DNA from: an uncultured Chloroflexia bacterium
Lineage (GTDB): Bacteria > Chloroflexota > Chloroflexia > Thermomicrobiales > UBA6265
Assembly: GCA_963724295.1 (NCBI GenBank)
Contig: CAVRUC010000007.1
Location: forward strand, 192,001 to 256,000
Direction: 5' to 3'
Length of the DNA: 64,000 bases
Under the pieces are notes generated by a model. That model saw only the letters and a program-made list of their open reading frames with translations, was not told the DNA's origin and searched no databases. A program made the translations under genes and the position numbers. Shown here one piece after another: positions 1 to 11,268 of this stretch; the stretch's first letter is position 1; each line of letters begins with the position of its first letter.

Positions 1-93
1 TTGATCGACGTGCTCGAGCCGAGCGGCAGCACGATTCGGTCGCTGATGCGACTGAATCTCCCCGCCGGGGTTGATATCGAAATCAAGTTGTAG
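1..93 (+). CDS. rpsJ: 30S ribosomal protein S10 (3' end, partial)
   Basis: Frame 1 reads [30 protein letters not shown], the uS10 C-terminus, directly upstream of rplC. Confidence 0.95.
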   Translation: MIDVLEPSGSTIRSLMRLNLPAGVDIEIKL

Positions 94-199
94 TGACGGC
101 GCGAGGTCGCCCGTACGGGCGACCTTCGGCGCTGGACACGCTCTGCGGGCGGAGCCGGCCAATGAGCTGGGCCGCTTCCTGGGAGACAGGAGAGAGCCA

Positions 200-832
200 A
201 TGATCCAGGGGCTGATCGGAAAGAAACTGGGCATGTCCCAATTATTTGATGACACGGGGTTGGCCCACCCGGTCACGGTCCTCGAAGTTGGGCCGTGCGT
301 GGTGACACAGATCAAGACGCCTGAGCGGGACGGCTATAGCGCTGTCCAGCTCGGATTTGGTCTCGATAAGCGGCTGAATCGGCCCGAGCGGGGTCACCGC
401 CAGGGAAGCGGATTCATGTCGCGGACGTTGCGCGAGGTCAAAGCCAGCGACACTGCGGACATAGCCGTGGGCCAGGTCATCACTGCCGACGCATTCGCCG
501 AGGGCGAGTTGGTCGACGTTACCGGCACTTCCAAGGGGCGGGGTTTCCAGGGCGTGGTCAAGCGCCACGGCTTCCGGGGCGGCCCGAAAACGCACGGTCA
601 ATCGGACCGGCTGCGGGCGCCCGGCTCGATTGGTTCGAGCGCTACTCCGGGGCGGGTGTTCAAGGGAATGCGGATGGCGGGACGGATGGGCAATGACCGC
701 GTCACGGTCCAGAACCTCAAGGTGCTGCGGGTCGACCCTGAGCGAAACCTGCTTCTGGTCGAAGGGTCGGTGCCCGGAGCGAACGAGAGCCTGGTGATGG
801 TCCGGCGTGCGGTCAAGTCGGGGAAGAAGTAA
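200..832 (+). CDS. rplC: 50S ribosomal protein L3
   Basis: [26 protein letters not shown] and MAGRMG motifs; ATG at 200 after AGGAG. Confidence 0.97.
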   Translation: MIQGLIGKKLGMSQLFDDTGLAHPVTVLEVGPCVVTQIKTPERDGYSAVQLGFGLDKRLNRPERGHRQGSGFMSRTLREVKASDTADIAVGQVITADAFAEGELVDVTGTSKGRGFQGVVKRHGFRGGPKTHGQSDRLRAPGSIGSSATPGRVFKGMRMAGRMGNDRVTVQNLKVLRVDPERNLLLVEGSVPGANESLVMVRRAVKSGKK

Positions 833-887
833 TGGCCTTCGCGCTGATAGCAGCCGCCGGAGTTCCGGTCCGGCCCCGGAGATTGAC

Positions 888-1601
888 ATGATCATTGATG
901 TGTATGACAGGCAAGGTCAAGTGGTCGAGCAGACCGAGTTGGATGATTCGGTGTGGGCCATTGAACCGAATATTCCGGTGATGCATCAGGCGCTGCTGCG
1001 GCAGCTCGCCAATGCGCGACTCGGCACGCGGGATACCAAGACCCGCGGTGAGGTGCGCGGCGGCGGTGCCAAGCCATGGCGGCAAAAGGGAACCGGGCGC
1101 GCGCGGCAGGGGTCGATCCGATCGCCACAGTGGACCGGCGGTGGTGTCGTCTGGGGGCCGCACCAGCGGTCCTTCCATCAGGACATGCCTCGGAAGATGC
1201 GGCGCCTGGCGGTTCGTTCGGCACTTTCGGCCAAGGCGCGCGATGAGCGCCTGACCGTGGTTGCCGGCCTGGCCGACATCGAGCCGAAGACGAAAGCAAT
1301 GAAAGAAGTTCTCTCCGCATTTCCTGAGAGCAGGTCAGTGCTGATCGTCACTGATGGCAAGGTGGAATCGATTCGAAAGTCAGCAGGTAACTTGCCCGGT
1401 GTCTGGGTCGTCGACGCGAGATATCTGAACGTCAGGGACATCCTCAAGTTCGATCGCATGCTCGTCGTGCGGGAAGCGATCCCGGCCGTGGAAGGCCTGT
1501 GGGGGCTTCCCGAAGACCGACGTGAACCGAGTTCCTGGAGGCAGGAGCGTGTGGCGCGCCGCGCTGACAACGCCGCCGTCGCCGGGGTGAAGGGGGCTTA
1601 G
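888..1601 (+). CDS. rplD: 50S ribosomal protein L4
   Basis: [27 protein letters not shown] signature; ATG at 888 after GGAG. Confidence 0.97.
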   Translation: MIIDVYDRQGQVVEQTELDDSVWAIEPNIPVMHQALLRQLANARLGTRDTKTRGEVRGGGAKPWRQKGTGRARQGSIRSPQWTGGGVVWGPHQRSFHQDMPRKMRRLAVRSALSAKARDERLTVVAGLADIEPKTKAMKEVLSAFPESRSVLIVTDGKVESIRKSAGNLPGVWVVDARYLNVRDILKFDRMLVVREAIPAVEGLWGLPEDRREPSSWRQERVARRADNAAVAGVKGA

Positions 1602-1913
1602 GTGCCAGCGCTGACAGTCGATCAAGTCATTGTCCGGCCATTGATCACCGAGAAGAACACTGACCTCATGGAGCAGGACCAGTACACGTTTGAGGTGGCG
1701 ACGGTCGCGAACAAGATTCAGATCCGCGAAGCCGTTGAGAAGCTCTTCAACGTTCGGGTGAAGGCGGTCAATACCATGAACGTGAAGGGTTCGCGCCGCT
1801 CGCGCGCGATCCGGCGCGGCCGAAGCCGGATCTACGGACAGGAACGAACCTGGAAGAAGGCGGTTGTCACCCTCTTTCCAGGTCAGCGCATCGACGTCTT
1901 CGAGCAGGTCTAG
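1602..1913 (+). CDS. rplW: 50S ribosomal protein L23
   Basis: [29 protein letters not shown] and WKKAVVTL motifs. Confidence 0.96.
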   Translation: MPALTVDQVIVRPLITEKNTDLMEQDQYTFEVATVANKIQIREAVEKLFNVRVKAVNTMNVKGSRRSRAIRRGRSRIYGQERTWKKAVVTLFPGQRIDVFEQV

Positions 1914-1947
1914 CTGGCTCCGGATACGCAAGGACAAGGACGCGCAA

Positions 1948-2778
1948 ATGCCGATTCGCATCTACAAGCCAACTTCGCCAGGCCGGCGCTCGATGAGCGT
2001 CAGCACCTTCGAGGAGATCACCAAGAAGGAACCCGAAAAGAGCCTCATCGAGCCGCTGAAGAAGCACGCCGGTCGCAACAACCGGGGCCGAATTACGACC
2101 CGGCATCGGGGCGGCGGGCACAAGCGGTTCTACCGGATCATCGACTTCAAGCGGAACAAGACCGGTATTCCAGCCAAGGTGGCCGCCATCGAGTACGACC
2201 CAAACCGGTCCTCTCGCATCGCACTGCTGCACTACGTTGACGGCGAAAAGCGCTACATGCTGGCTCCAGTTGGCATGTCGGTGGGCGACATGGTGATTTC
2301 GGGACCTGAAGCGCCAATCCGGACGGGCAATGCCATGCCGCTGCGCAACATTCCTACCGGGACCCAGATTCATAACATCGAGCTCTATCCGGGCAAGGGC
2401 GGTCAGATGTGCCGCTCCGCTGGAACGTCGGCGCAACTGATGGCGAAGTCTGACGACTACGCGCAGATCCGGATGCCGTCAGGAGAGGTGCGGCTGGTCC
2501 ACCTCAACTGTATGGCGACCCTGGGACAGGTCGGCAACGTCGACCACGAGAACATCGTTATTGGGAAAGCCGGTCGAAATCGGCATCGGGGACGGAGACC
2601 AACCGTTCGCGGGTCGGCCATGAACCCGCGGGACCATCCGCATGGCGGCGGCGAGGGCAAGGCCCCGATCGGCGGACAGCCGAAGACGAAGTGGGGAAAG
2701 CCGGTGCAGGCTCGCACCCGCAACAACAAGCGCACGGATTCGATGATTGTCCGGCGCCGCACCACGAAGCGAAAGTAA
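1948..2778 (+). CDS. rplB: 50S ribosomal protein L2
   Basis: [33 protein letters not shown] and [13 protein letters not shown] motifs. Confidence 0.98.
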   Translation: MPIRIYKPTSPGRRSMSVSTFEEITKKEPEKSLIEPLKKHAGRNNRGRITTRHRGGGHKRFYRIIDFKRNKTGIPAKVAAIEYDPNRSSRIALLHYVDGEKRYMLAPVGMSVGDMVISGPEAPIRTGNAMPLRNIPTGTQIHNIELYPGKGGQMCRSAGTSAQLMAKSDDYAQIRMPSGEVRLVHLNCMATLGQVGNVDHENIVIGKAGRNRHRGRRPTVRGSAMNPRDHPHGGGEGKAPIGGQPKTKWGKPVQARTRNNKRTDSMIVRRRTTKRK

Positions 2779-2793
2779 GCGAGGAGGCACTTC

Positions 2794-3075
2794 GTGTCGA
2801 GATCGTCCAAGAAGGGACCCTATATCGACGCCAAACTGCAGGAAAAGATCGAGACGCTCAATCGCACGAATGAGCGGCGTGTGATCCGCACCTGGGCTCG
2901 GGCATCGACGATCTTCCCTGGCATGGTTGGCCACACGGTGGCCGTGCACAACGGCAAGGTTCACGTCCCGATCTTCGTCTCGGAGCAGATGGTCGGGCAC
3001 AAACTCGGTGAATTCGCGCCCACGCGAACTTTCCGTGGACACGGCAAAGACGCTGACCGGCGCGGTCGGCGGTAG
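2794..3075 (+). CDS. rpsS: 30S ribosomal protein S19
   Basis: SRSSKKGPY and [13 protein letters not shown] motifs. Confidence 0.97.
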   Translation: MSRSSKKGPYIDAKLQEKIETLNRTNERRVIRTWARASTIFPGMVGHTVAVHNGKVHVPIFVSEQMVGHKLGEFAPTRTFRGHGKDADRRGRR

Positions 3076-3100
3076 CGGCGTCGGGGAGACAGCAACGACG

Positions 3101-3439
3101 ATGGAAGTTCGAGCAAGTGTGACTGGCGTCCGCGTCTCCCCGCGGAAGGCGCGGCTGGTCGTTGATGCGGTGCGCGGCAAACGAGTGCTGGATGCGATCG
3201 CGCTGACGCGGTTCATGCCACAGAAAACCGCCGTTGACGTCGGCAAGCTACTGAAATCTGTGGCGGCAAACGCGGAGAACAATTACGACATGGATCCGGA
3301 AGATCTCTGGATCAAGGCGATCTACGCCGATGAAGGGCCATCATTCCGCCGCTTCAAGGCGAAGGCGAGAGGCCGCGTGGGCCGCATCATCCGCCGCAAC
3401 ACGCACATGACTGTGATCGCAGAGGAGCGGAGAAGCTAA
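3101..3439 (+). CDS. rplV: 50S ribosomal protein L22
   Basis: [18 protein letters not shown] and ANAENN motifs. Confidence 0.97.
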   Translation: MEVRASVTGVRVSPRKARLVVDAVRGKRVLDAIALTRFMPQKTAVDVGKLLKSVAANAENNYDMDPEDLWIKAIYADEGPSFRRFKAKARGRVGRIIRRNTHMTVIAEERRS

Positions 3440-4125
3440 TGGGACGCAAGGTCAATCCGATTGGATTTCGTCTGGGCATCGTAACCGATTGGGAGTCGAA
3501 GTGGTATGCGGAGCGCAACTACACGGAGCAGCTTCATGAAGATCTGCGCATCAGGCGGCTGATAATGAACGAGCTGACTCGGGCTGGCATCTCCAGGATC
3601 GAGTTGGAGCGCTCGGCGAACAAGGTCGACGTGACACTCCACACATCGAAACCCGGCATCGTTATCGGGAAGCAAGGCGCCAATGTGGAGCGCCTGCGCC
3701 AGATGCTCGAGCAAGCGATCGACAAGAAAGTGCATCTTCGGATTGAAGAGATCAAGGTGCCGGAGATCGATGCCAAACTGATAGCGGAAAGCATCGCCGA
3801 GCAGATTTCCCGCCGCGTCGCCTATCGCAGGGCTATGAAGCACGCCGTGCAGCAGGCAATGCGCCGGGGAGCGAAGGGCGTAAAGATCACGCTTTCCGGA
3901 CGACTGGGCGGTGCCGAGATGAGCCGCTCCGTGACCGAGATGGACGGCCGAGTGCCTCGCTCGACGCTTCGAGCGGATATCGATTTCGGGGTTGTCCACG
4001 CACACACGACGTACGGCCGTATTGGCGTCAAGGTGTGGGTGTACAAGGGCGAAGTCTTGCCCGAGCGGGCTCCGGTCACCGCGGCGACGCTGACCGCGGA
4101 CCTGGCGGCTATTACCGGTGACTAG
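3439..4125 (+). CDS. rpsC: 30S ribosomal protein S3
   Basis: [15 protein letters not shown] motif PGIVIGKQG and [11 protein letters not shown]. Confidence 0.98.
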   Translation: MGRKVNPIGFRLGIVTDWESKWYAERNYTEQLHEDLRIRRLIMNELTRAGISRIELERSANKVDVTLHTSKPGIVIGKQGANVERLRQMLEQAIDKKVHLRIEEIKVPEIDAKLIAESIAEQISRRVAYRRAMKHAVQQAMRRGAKGVKITLSGRLGGAEMSRSVTEMDGRVPRSTLRADIDFGVVHAHTTYGRIGVKVWVYKGEVLPERAPVTAATLTADLAAITGD

Positions 4126-4182
4126 CAGGCTGGCAGCCGGGACCAGTCCCGGAGGCTTCGTTCGCAAGCAGGAGCGTCGATC

Positions 4183-4653
4183 ATGTTGATGCCGAAGCGG
4201 ACCAAATATCGAAAGATGATGCGGGGCCGCATGACCGGCAAAGCGTATCGTGGCGTTGAGATCTCGTTTGGCGAGTTTGCCCTGCAAGCAATGGAGCCGG
4301 CATGGGTGAGCAGTCGGCAGATCGAAGCCGCCCGACGCGCGGTGACCAACTACCTGAAGCGCGGCGGTAAGGTCTGGATTCGCATCTTTCCGGACAAACC
4401 GGTGACGCATAAGCCGGCCGAGACGCGGATGGGTTCCGGCAAGGGCAACCCGGAGTACTGGGTTGCAGTGGTCAAGCCGGGACGGGTCTTGTTCGAGGTC
4501 GCCGGCGTAACTCGGGCTCAGGCAGAGGAGGCGCTCCGCCGCGCCGCGATGAAGATGCCGATGGATTGCCGTTTCATTGAGCGGCAGCACATTGGCGTGG
4601 CGACCACCTCAGAAGACGCTGAGAGCGATGTTGCCGAGGAGGTGGTGGCATGA
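4183..4653 (+). CDS. rplP: 50S ribosomal protein L16
   Basis: [11 protein letters not shown] and ETRMGSGKG motifs. Confidence 0.97.
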   Translation: MLMPKRTKYRKMMRGRMTGKAYRGVEISFGEFALQAMEPAWVSSRQIEAARRAVTNYLKRGGKVWIRIFPDKPVTHKPAETRMGSGKGNPEYWVAVVKPGRVLFEVAGVTRAQAEEALRRAAMKMPMDCRFIERQHIGVATTSEDAESDVAEEVVA

Positions 4654-4877
4654 AGCCGGCAGAGATCCGAGCGATGGATGACGACAAACTCAGTGAACAA
4701 GTCGCAGACCTACTGGCGGAATGGCGCAATTTGCGTTTCCAGCAGGCTGTTGGGCAGCTGACAGCGACGGCGCGCACCCGGCAGATCCGGAAAGACATCG
4801 CCCGGATCAAGACGATTCAGACCGAGCGCGAAATCGAAGCTGAACTAGCGACGCTCGCTAGTGCATCGGGAAATTAA
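4650..4877 (+). CDS. rpmC: 50S ribosomal protein L29
   Basis: [11 protein letters not shown] and [10 protein letters not shown] motifs; ATGA overlap with rplP. Confidence 0.95.
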   Translation: MKPAEIRAMDDDKLSEQVADLLAEWRNLRFQQAVGQLTATARTRQIRKDIARIKTIQTEREIEAELATLASASGN

Positions 4878-4904
4878 CGCCGAGTGGCAGTGCGAGGAAC
4901 AGCA

Positions 4905-5201
4905 ATGAGTGAAAGCGTGGCTAAGGCAGTGGAAGTGGCGCCAGCCCAACCGCCGCGGACGCAAAAAATCGGCAGAGTCGTGAGCGACAAGATGGAGAAG
5001 ACCGTGGTGGTTGCGGTGGACTCCGTGCGCCGCCACCCCCTGTATCGCAAGCGCATCACGCGCACGAGCAAATTTCTTGCCCACGACGAGCAGAACGCGT
5101 GCAAACCGGGCGACATCGTCCGGATAGAGGAAACGCGGCCACTTTCCAAGCGAAAGCGATGGATTGTTCGTGAAATAGTCGAGCGGGGTGTGCAGATCTA
5201 G
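4905..5201 (+). CDS. rpsQ: 30S ribosomal protein S17
   Basis: [18 protein letters not shown] and [11 protein letters not shown] motifs. Confidence 0.96.
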   Translation: MSESVAKAVEVAPAQPPRTQKIGRVVSDKMEKTVVVAVDSVRRHPLYRKRITRTSKFLAHDEQNACKPGDIVRIEETRPLSKRKRWIVREIVERGVQI

Positions 5202-5238
5202 CGGCGTCGAGCCACAGATCGCGAACAGGAGCAAGACG

Positions 5239-5607
5239 GTGATCCAACAAGAATCGCGATTGCGCGTCGCCGACAATAGTGGAGCGAAGGAGCTTCTCTG
5301 CATCCGCGTGCTCGGCGGCTCCGGACGCAAGTACGGTGGGGTCGGAGACACGATTATCGCGACAGTCAAACAAGCGCAGCCGAACGCGGCGGTTAAGAAG
5401 GGCGAAGTGGTGCGCGCGGTTGTCGTGCGAACCGCTCAAGAGTATGGCCGTCCCGACGGTAGCCACATCAAATTCGATGACAACGCTGCCGTGCTGATCA
5501 ACAACCAGGGGGCGCCGCGCGGAACACGCATCTTCGGGCCGGTGGGCCGAGAACTGCGAGAGCGACAGTTCATGCGGATCGTATCCCTCGCCCCAGAGGT
5601 TCTTTAG
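5239..5607 (+). CDS. rplN: 50S ribosomal protein L14
   Basis: [16 protein letters not shown] and GTRIFGPV motifs; GTG start after AGGAG. Confidence 0.97.
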   Translation: MIQQESRLRVADNSGAKELLCIRVLGGSGRKYGGVGDTIIATVKQAQPNAAVKKGEVVRAVVVRTAQEYGRPDGSHIKFDDNAAVLINNQGAPRGTRIFGPVGRELRERQFMRIVSLAPEVL

Positions 5608-5640
5608 GTCGCGGTACAGAGAGATCGGGAGCGTAAGAGG

Positions 5641-5967
5641 ATGCGAAAGATTCGAAGTGGCGACACGGTACTGGTGACCTCTGGCCGGAACAAAGGCCAG
5701 CAGGGCAGGGTGCGTGTCAACATGATTGAACGGGACCGTGTTGTCATCGAAGGCGTCAATATCGTCAAGAAGCATATCAAGCGGGGCCGAGCCCGTCAGG
5801 CCGGCATCGTCGAGGTCGAAGCGGCGCTGCACGTCTCAAACGTGAAGCTCATCTGTCCGAACTGCAAGCAGCCAACTCGGGTCGGCGTTCGCGAAGGCAG
5901 CGACGGCAAGAACGCCCGCTTTTGCAAGAAGTGCGACACCTTGATTCCGCGGCCGGAAGCCGCATAG
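5641..5967 (+). CDS. rplX: 50S ribosomal protein L24
   Basis: KOW motif GDTVLVTSGRNKG, EAALHVSNV and two CxxC pairs. Confidence 0.96.
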   Translation: MRKIRSGDTVLVTSGRNKGQQGRVRVNMIERDRVVIEGVNIVKKHIKRGRARQAGIVEVEAALHVSNVKLICPNCKQPTRVGVREGSDGKNARFCKKCDTLIPRPEAA

Positions 5968-6064
5968 CCCCGAAGAAGCGCGTTAGAGGGAACGGCGACC
6001 TGAGCGCCCAGAGCATGGCGGACCAGGTGGGAACGCCGGTAATCGAGAGAGTAGGTGGGACCTG

Positions 6065-6619
6065 ATGGCGAGATTGAAAGAGAAATACCGGGAAGAGATC
6101 GTTCCGGAGCTGATGAAGGAGTTTGGCTACTCCAACGTCATGGAGGCGCCGAAGCTCCAGAAGATCGTAGTCAACGTCGGACTGGGAGAGGCGATTAGCA
6201 ATGCCAAGGCACTGGAGAGCGCGGTCTCAGACCTGACCGCGATCACCGGCCAGAGACCGGTGGTCACCCGCGCCAAGAAGTCGATTGCGGCGTTCAAGCT
6301 ACGGGCGGGAATGCCGGTCGGAGCGACAGTGACCTTGCGTGGACCGCGGATGTACGAGTTCTTCGACCGCCTCGTCGCCATCACGCTGCCGCGGATCCGC
6401 GACTTCCGGGGGGTTTCTCCGAACTCGTTCGACGGTCGAGGCAATTACACCTTAGGTCTCCAGGAGCAGATTGCGTTTCCGGAGATCGACTACGACAAGA
6501 TCGACAAGAGTCGCGGCCTCGAGCTCAGCCTCGTGACCAGCGCGAAGACTGATGAGGAAGGGCGGCGGCTGCTGAGCCTGCTCGGAATGCCGTTTGCCCG
6601 TACGGAGCGACCAGTCTAG
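6065..6619 (+). CDS. rplE: 50S ribosomal protein L5
   Basis: [21 protein letters not shown] and LPRIRDFRG motifs. Confidence 0.98.
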   Translation: MARLKEKYREEIVPELMKEFGYSNVMEAPKLQKIVVNVGLGEAISNAKALESAVSDLTAITGQRPVVTRAKKSIAAFKLRAGMPVGATVTLRGPRMYEFFDRLVAITLPRIRDFRGVSPNSFDGRGNYTLGLQEQIAFPEIDYDKIDKSRGLELSLVTSAKTDEEGRRLLSLLGMPFARTERPV

Positions 6620-6650
6620 ACCACCCCAGGGGTGAGTCGGAGGTATCTGA

Positions 6651-6836
6651 ATGGCCAAGAAGTGTTTGATTGTCAGGGCGGCCGGTCCAGCCAAGTTTGA
6701 GGTCCGGCAAGTCAATCGCTGCCACCTTTGCGGGCGTAGCCGGGCATACATGCGGAAGTTCGGGCTGTGCCGGATCTGTTTCCGGGAGCTGGCGTCAGTT
6801 GGCCGCCTGCCGGGCGTGACGAAGTCGAGTTGGTAG
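6651..6836 (+). CDS. rpsN: 30S ribosomal protein S14, short zinc-binding (type Z) form
   Basis: 61 aa with [15 protein letters not shown] and PGVTKSSW. Confidence 0.96.
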   Translation: MAKKCLIVRAAGPAKFEVRQVNRCHLCGRSRAYMRKFGLCRICFRELASVGRLPGVTKSSW

Positions 6837-6891
6837 CCGTGCGGTCCAACCAGGAGTCAGTCGGAAACGAGACCGTAAGGAGAGCGGACGG

Positions 6892-7290
6892 ATGAGTGTC
6901 AACGATCCGATCAGCGACATGCTGACCAGGATTCGCAACGCCGGGATGGCCCGGCAGTCGGAAACGACGATGCCCTCAACAAAGGTCCTCGTCGCGATCG
7001 CGAAAATCCTCAAACAAGAGGGCTACATCGCCGACTTTCGTGTCATTGAGCGGCGCCCACAGGACCAGCTTGTCGTTGCTCTTCGGTACGGCGCAGATCG
7101 CAAGCCGGCGATACGGGAAATCAAACGAGTCAGTAAACCCGGTCTGCGAGTTTATGCCGGGAAAGATGACATCCCCCGTGTCCAGAGCGGACTGGGGATT
7201 GCGGTAGTCAGTACGCCCCAAGGGGTGATGACCGGTTACGAAGCCAGACGGCGAGGAATCGGCGGCGAGGTGCTCTGCACCGTCTTCTAG
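6892..7290 (+). CDS. rpsH: 30S ribosomal protein S8
   Basis: [21 protein letters not shown] and GGEVLC motifs. Confidence 0.98.
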   Translation: MSVNDPISDMLTRIRNAGMARQSETTMPSTKVLVAIAKILKQEGYIADFRVIERRPQDQLVVALRYGADRKPAIREIKRVSKPGLRVYAGKDDIPRVQSGLGIAVVSTPQGVMTGYEARRRGIGGEVLCTVF

Positions 7291-7339
7291 GTGTTGAAGC
7301 GGGTAGACCTGATTTTGGGTCCACCGCGGGAGAGTGGCA

Positions 7340-7885
7340 ATGTCACGAATTGGAAACATGCCCGTGCCTATCCCGGCTGCCGTCGAGATCGACATCACCG
7401 ACGACAACACGGTGACGGTCAAAGGACCGAAGGGCGCGCTGTCGCAGCGGCTGAGTCCGCGTATGAAGTTGCAGCGAGACAACGGCACGATCATGGTCGA
7501 GCGACCCGACAATCAGCGGGAGCATCGGGCTCTTCACGGGCTGACTCGCACCCTGCTGAACAACATGGTGGTCGGCGTCACCGACGGATACAGGCGCGAT
7601 CTGGAGATCCAGGGCGTCGGGTACCGAGCGGCGCTAGAGGGTGGCGATCTGGTGCTGTCGGTGGGGTTCTCGCACCCCGTGCGGATGACCCCTCCTGAAG
7701 GCGTGTCGTACACGCTCGACGGGAACACGCGACTGTCGGTCGTCGGCATTGACAAGCAATTGGTTGGTGAGGAGGCGGCACGCATACGGCGTGTGCGGCC
7801 GCCGGAACCATACAAAGGCAAAGGGATCCGCTACGCCGGCGAGCAAGTACGCCGCAAGGCTGGTAAGGCCGGTAAGGCGAAGTAA
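7340..7885 (+). CDS. rplF: 50S ribosomal protein L6
   Basis: MSRIG and RPPEPYKGKGIRY motifs. Confidence 0.98.
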   Translation: MSRIGNMPVPIPAAVEIDITDDNTVTVKGPKGALSQRLSPRMKLQRDNGTIMVERPDNQREHRALHGLTRTLLNNMVVGVTDGYRRDLEIQGVGYRAALEGGDLVLSVGFSHPVRMTPPEGVSYTLDGNTRLSVVGIDKQLVGEEAARIRRVRPPEPYKGKGIRYAGEQVRRKAGKAGKAK

Positions 7886-7932
7886 TGGCACGGAGCAGCG
7901 CCGCTGCTTCCTGTCAATGAGGAGCGACCTCG

Positions 7933-8307
7933 ATGCGACGAAAGTTCCGAAGAGCGCGGACCTCGCGCCAACGACGCCACGTCCGCGTCCGCGCGAAGGT
8001 CAAGGGCACGAACGCCAGACCCCGACTGAACGTGTTTCGGTCGTCCGCGCACATTTACGCCCAGGTCATCGACGACGATCGAGGGCGGACGCTGGTGGCG
8101 GCGAGCGACCTGGAGCAGGATGTGCTCGATCGCGCCGGCGCGGAGGCGACCAAGAGCGTGAAGGCACGTGCGGTCGGCGAGGTGATCGGCGAGCGAGCGA
8201 AAGCGGCTGGCATCAACACCATCGTCTTTGACCGCGGTGGCTATATCTACCATGGGCGTGTCAAAGCGGTTGCCGAGGGCGCGCGAGAGGCCGGACTCGC
8301 CTTCTAG
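7933..8307 (+). CDS. rplR: 50S ribosomal protein L18
   Basis: [18 protein letters not shown] and [12 protein letters not shown] motifs. Confidence 0.97.
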   Translation: MRRKFRRARTSRQRRHVRVRAKVKGTNARPRLNVFRSSAHIYAQVIDDDRGRTLVAASDLEQDVLDRAGAEATKSVKARAVGEVIGERAKAAGINTIVFDRGGYIYHGRVKAVAEGAREAGLAF

Positions 8308-8360
8308 AGAGACCACGGCGCACCAGTTCGGGCGCGAGTTCGGTGGCAAGGGAGTAACGG

Positions 8361-8999
8361 ATGGACAGGAATCGAGGCGAGCGCGGCTCGAGACGGCGCT
8401 CCGAAGACGAAGGCGCAAGTGAATTCGACGAGCGCGTCGTACAGATCAATCGTGTGGCGAAAGTACACAGAGGCGGACGCCGCTTCAGCTTTGGCTCGAT
8501 CGTCGTGGTCGGGGATGGCAAAGGGCGAGTAGGCGCCGGACTCGGCAAGGCCAACGAAGTGCCTGATTCGATTCGCAAAGGGGTCGAGGCCGCCAAGAAG
8601 TCGCTGATTCGCGTTCCGCTCGAAGGCACGACGATTCCGCACCCGATCGAGACATCGTTCGGCGCGTCCCGAGTGTTGCTGAAACCGGCAGCGCCGGGCA
8701 CGGGAGTGATCGCCGGAGGCGGGGTACGCGCCGTTGTCGAGGCGGCTGGCATCAAGGACGTGCTCACCAAGTCTCTTGGTAGCAACAACCCGGTCAATGT
8801 GGTGCGTGCGACCCTGAAGGCACTCGAGGCGCTGGAATCGCCGAATGCAATAGCGCAGCGTCGTGGCCGGTCACCCGTGGTCCGCCGAGACCGCGGCGAG
8901 CGCGCCGAGGTCGGGTCGAACCCGGCGACTGAGCCAGTCGAGACGCGTCCAGCCTCGACTGGTCGCCGTCGAGCGCCCCGAGGGAGTGAAGGCTCGTGA
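8361..8999 (+). CDS. rpsE: 30S ribosomal protein S5
   Basis: [16 protein letters not shown] and [12 protein letters not shown] motifs. Confidence 0.97.
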   Translation: MDRNRGERGSRRRSEDEGASEFDERVVQINRVAKVHRGGRRFSFGSIVVVGDGKGRVGAGLGKANEVPDSIRKGVEAAKKSLIRVPLEGTTIPHPIETSFGASRVLLKPAAPGTGVIAGGGVRAVVEAAGIKDVLTKSLGSNNPVNVVRATLKALEALESPNAIAQRRGRSPVVRRDRGERAEVGSNPATEPVETRPASTGRRRAPRGSEGS

Positions 9000-9283
9000 G
9001 CAACCAAAAGAACGGAGTCCTGCGGATTACGCTGGTGCGGAGCACGATCGGCCGGCCGGCTGATCAGGGGCGGACGGTCGCGTCCCTGGGACTGCGCAAG
9101 CTGAATGCGACGGTCGAGCGGCCGAACAATCGGTCGATTCGTGGCATGGTGACCAAGATCCGTCATCTCGTCCAAGTCGAAGAGTTGCCGGCAGAGAGCG
9201 ATCGAGCTGACAACGGCATGTCACCGCAAACGGTGAAGAAGACGCGGTCCGGCGCAAAACGCCGACTCGCCGATGGGGAATAG
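8996..9283 (+). CDS. rpmD: 50S ribosomal protein L30 with C-terminal extension
   Basis: [18 protein letters not shown] and [12 protein letters not shown] motifs. Confidence 0.94.
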   Translation: MSNQKNGVLRITLVRSTIGRPADQGRTVASLGLRKLNATVERPNNRSIRGMVTKIRHLVQVEELPAESDRADNGMSPQTVKKTRSGAKRRLADGE

Positions 9284-9287
9284 CACG

Positions 9288-9881
9288 ATGCCTCTCACAC
9301 TTGACGATTTGCACGGCGGCGAAGGCGCGCACCGCGAAGGCAAACGTGTTGGCCGCGGTCACGGCAGCGGCAAAGGTAAGACCGCCGGCCGGGGAACGAA
9401 GGGTCAAAAGTCGCGAAGCGGTCCCGGAGTCCGGCGTGGGTTCGAGGGCGGACAGCTCCCGATTCAGCAGCGGATGCCGTACAAGCGCGGCTTCACGAAT
9501 ATCTACAAGACGCCGTGGGAAGTGGTCAATCTGGGTCGCCTCGAGGCGGTCGAGGTCGACGGCCCGATTACACCCGAGGTGCTCTTCGCCAAAGGAGTCA
9601 CTCGAGGTCTCGAGTTCCCGGTAAAGATCCTGGCCGGTGGCGAGCTGACGCGGTCAGTTGTCATTCACGCCCACGCGTTCTCAGACGCGGCTCGGGCAGC
9701 CGTCGAGCAGCTCGGCGGGTCGGTCGCTGAGCTCGATCGCTCTGACGAATGGGTACAGGCGAAACCGCGATCTCGCCGCCTCCCGCTCAACCGTGAGCTG
9801 AAGCGAGCCCGCGTGGGCAAAGTCGGGGGACCGAAGCGTCGCGATGCTATTGCCGCGCTTGCCGAGTCCCGGGAGAGCTAG
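9288..9881 (+). CDS. rplO: 50S ribosomal protein L15 with C-terminal extension
   Basis: RVGRGHGSGKGKTAGRGTKGQKSR and FEGGQLP motifs. Confidence 0.96.
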   Translation: MPLTLDDLHGGEGAHREGKRVGRGHGSGKGKTAGRGTKGQKSRSGPGVRRGFEGGQLPIQQRMPYKRGFTNIYKTPWEVVNLGRLEAVEVDGPITPEVLFAKGVTRGLEFPVKILAGGELTRSVVIHAHAFSDAARAAVEQLGGSVAELDRSDEWVQAKPRSRRLPLNRELKRARVGKVGGPKRRDAIAALAESRES

Positions 9882-9884
9882 CCC

Positions 9885-11201
9885 GTGCTAACGGCTGTTG
9901 CCACTGCCTTCAAGATTCCTGATCTACGGGCGAAGATCCTGTTCACCCTGGGTATGCTCGTTATCTTTCGCTTCTTCGCGGCCATACCGGTTCCTGGTGT
10001 GAACCGGGAGGGACTTCAAGACTTCATCCAGAGCAATGCGTTGTTGGGGATTCTCAACATCTTCTCCGGCAACAGCCTGCAAAACTTCTCGATCGTTGCG
10101 CTTGGCGTCTATCCATACATCACCGCCTCGATCATCATGCAGTTGATGACCCCGATCATTCCCAGCCTGAACGAACTGTCGAATGAAGGCCAGGGTGGGC
10201 GCAACAAGATCAATCAATACACCCACTGGCTAACCGTTCCCCTGGCGTTGCTCCAGGCGTATGGCCAGGGGGTGTTGTTCTCCCAGCAGACTGGGCCGGA
10301 TGGACTTCCGCTAATCACGGGGTTTGGCTTCGGGGATCCAAGTACCGTTTTGCCGACTCTCGCTACGCTGCTGACGATGACGGCAGGTACGATGCTTCTG
10401 GTCTGGATGGGTGAACTCATCACGGAGTTCGGCATCGGGAATGGCATCTCGATCATCATCTTCGGGGGAATCGTGGCCTCGTTGCCTGGCTCCATCATGT
10501 CCCTCTTTGCGGGCCCCTCGGTGACCAGTAACGTCATCGGCACGGCGATGTTCCTTGCGATAGGACTTCTGACAATCGTGGGCATCGTGCTCATCAACGA
10601 AGGGCAGCGCCGGATTCCCGTTCACCACGCGAAACGCGTGCGATCTGGCCGTATGTACGGCGGCAACACGACGTTCATTCCGCTCAAAGTCAACTCCGCG
10701 GGAATGATCCCGCTGATCTTTGCCGTTAGCATCCTGGTCTTCCCTGGGTTGATCGCGCAATTTCTCTCGACGTCGAGCAATGAAACACTCAGAAATTTCG
10801 CCGCCACGCTTGCCCAGTTCATGAGTCCGAACACACTGCAGTACAACATCATCTACTTCATTCTGGTGGTGGCGTTTACATACTTCTACACCATGGTGAT
10901 TTTTCAGCAGCAGAAGATTTCTGAGAACCTCCAGCGCCAAGGCGCATTCATCCCGGGAGTTCGACCGGGTCGGAACACGCAACAGTACCTGCTGCGGACG
11001 CTCAATCGGATCACGCTGATCGGCGCCTTGTTCCTGGGCACTGTAGCGATCCTTCCGTTCATCGCGGCGACGTTGACCGGGGTCAACTCGCTGCTGCTTG
11101 GCGCCACCTCATTGCTCATCGTGGTTGGTGTGGCAATTGACACCATGCGCCAGCTCGAAGCGCAGTTGGTCATGCGCAACTACGAGGGTTTCATCAAATA
11201 G
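9885..11201 (+). CDS. secY: Preprotein translocase subunit SecY
   Basis: Multi-TM protein with ALGVYPYITASII, GIGNGISIII and FIPGVRPG. Confidence 0.98.
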   Translation: MLTAVATAFKIPDLRAKILFTLGMLVIFRFFAAIPVPGVNREGLQDFIQSNALLGILNIFSGNSLQNFSIVALGVYPYITASIIMQLMTPIIPSLNELSNEGQGGRNKINQYTHWLTVPLALLQAYGQGVLFSQQTGPDGLPLITGFGFGDPSTVLPTLATLLTMTAGTMLLVWMGELITEFGIGNGISIIIFGGIVASLPGSIMSLFAGPSVTSNVIGTAMFLAIGLLTIVGIVLINEGQRRIPVHHAKRVRSGRMYGGNTTFIPLKVNSAGMIPLIFAVSILVFPGLIAQFLSTSSNETLRNFAATLAQFMSPNTLQYNIIYFILVVAFTYFYTMVIFQQQKISENLQRQGAFIPGVRPGRNTQQYLLRTLNRITLIGALFLGTVAILPFIAATLTGVNSLLLGATSLLIVVGVAIDTMRQLEAQLVMRNYEGFIK

Positions 11202-11268
11202 CCACGGTGCGCCGAACATGGCGGACCGGACCACCGTCCGCGCATCCAAGGAGAGTTTCAGTCCATTG

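Noticed and set aside
3436..4590. Long antisense ORFs (3436-4590, 8261-9175, 62624-63682 and similar)
   Set aside because: They shadow well-supported genes in GC-rich DNA and have no recognisable motifs.
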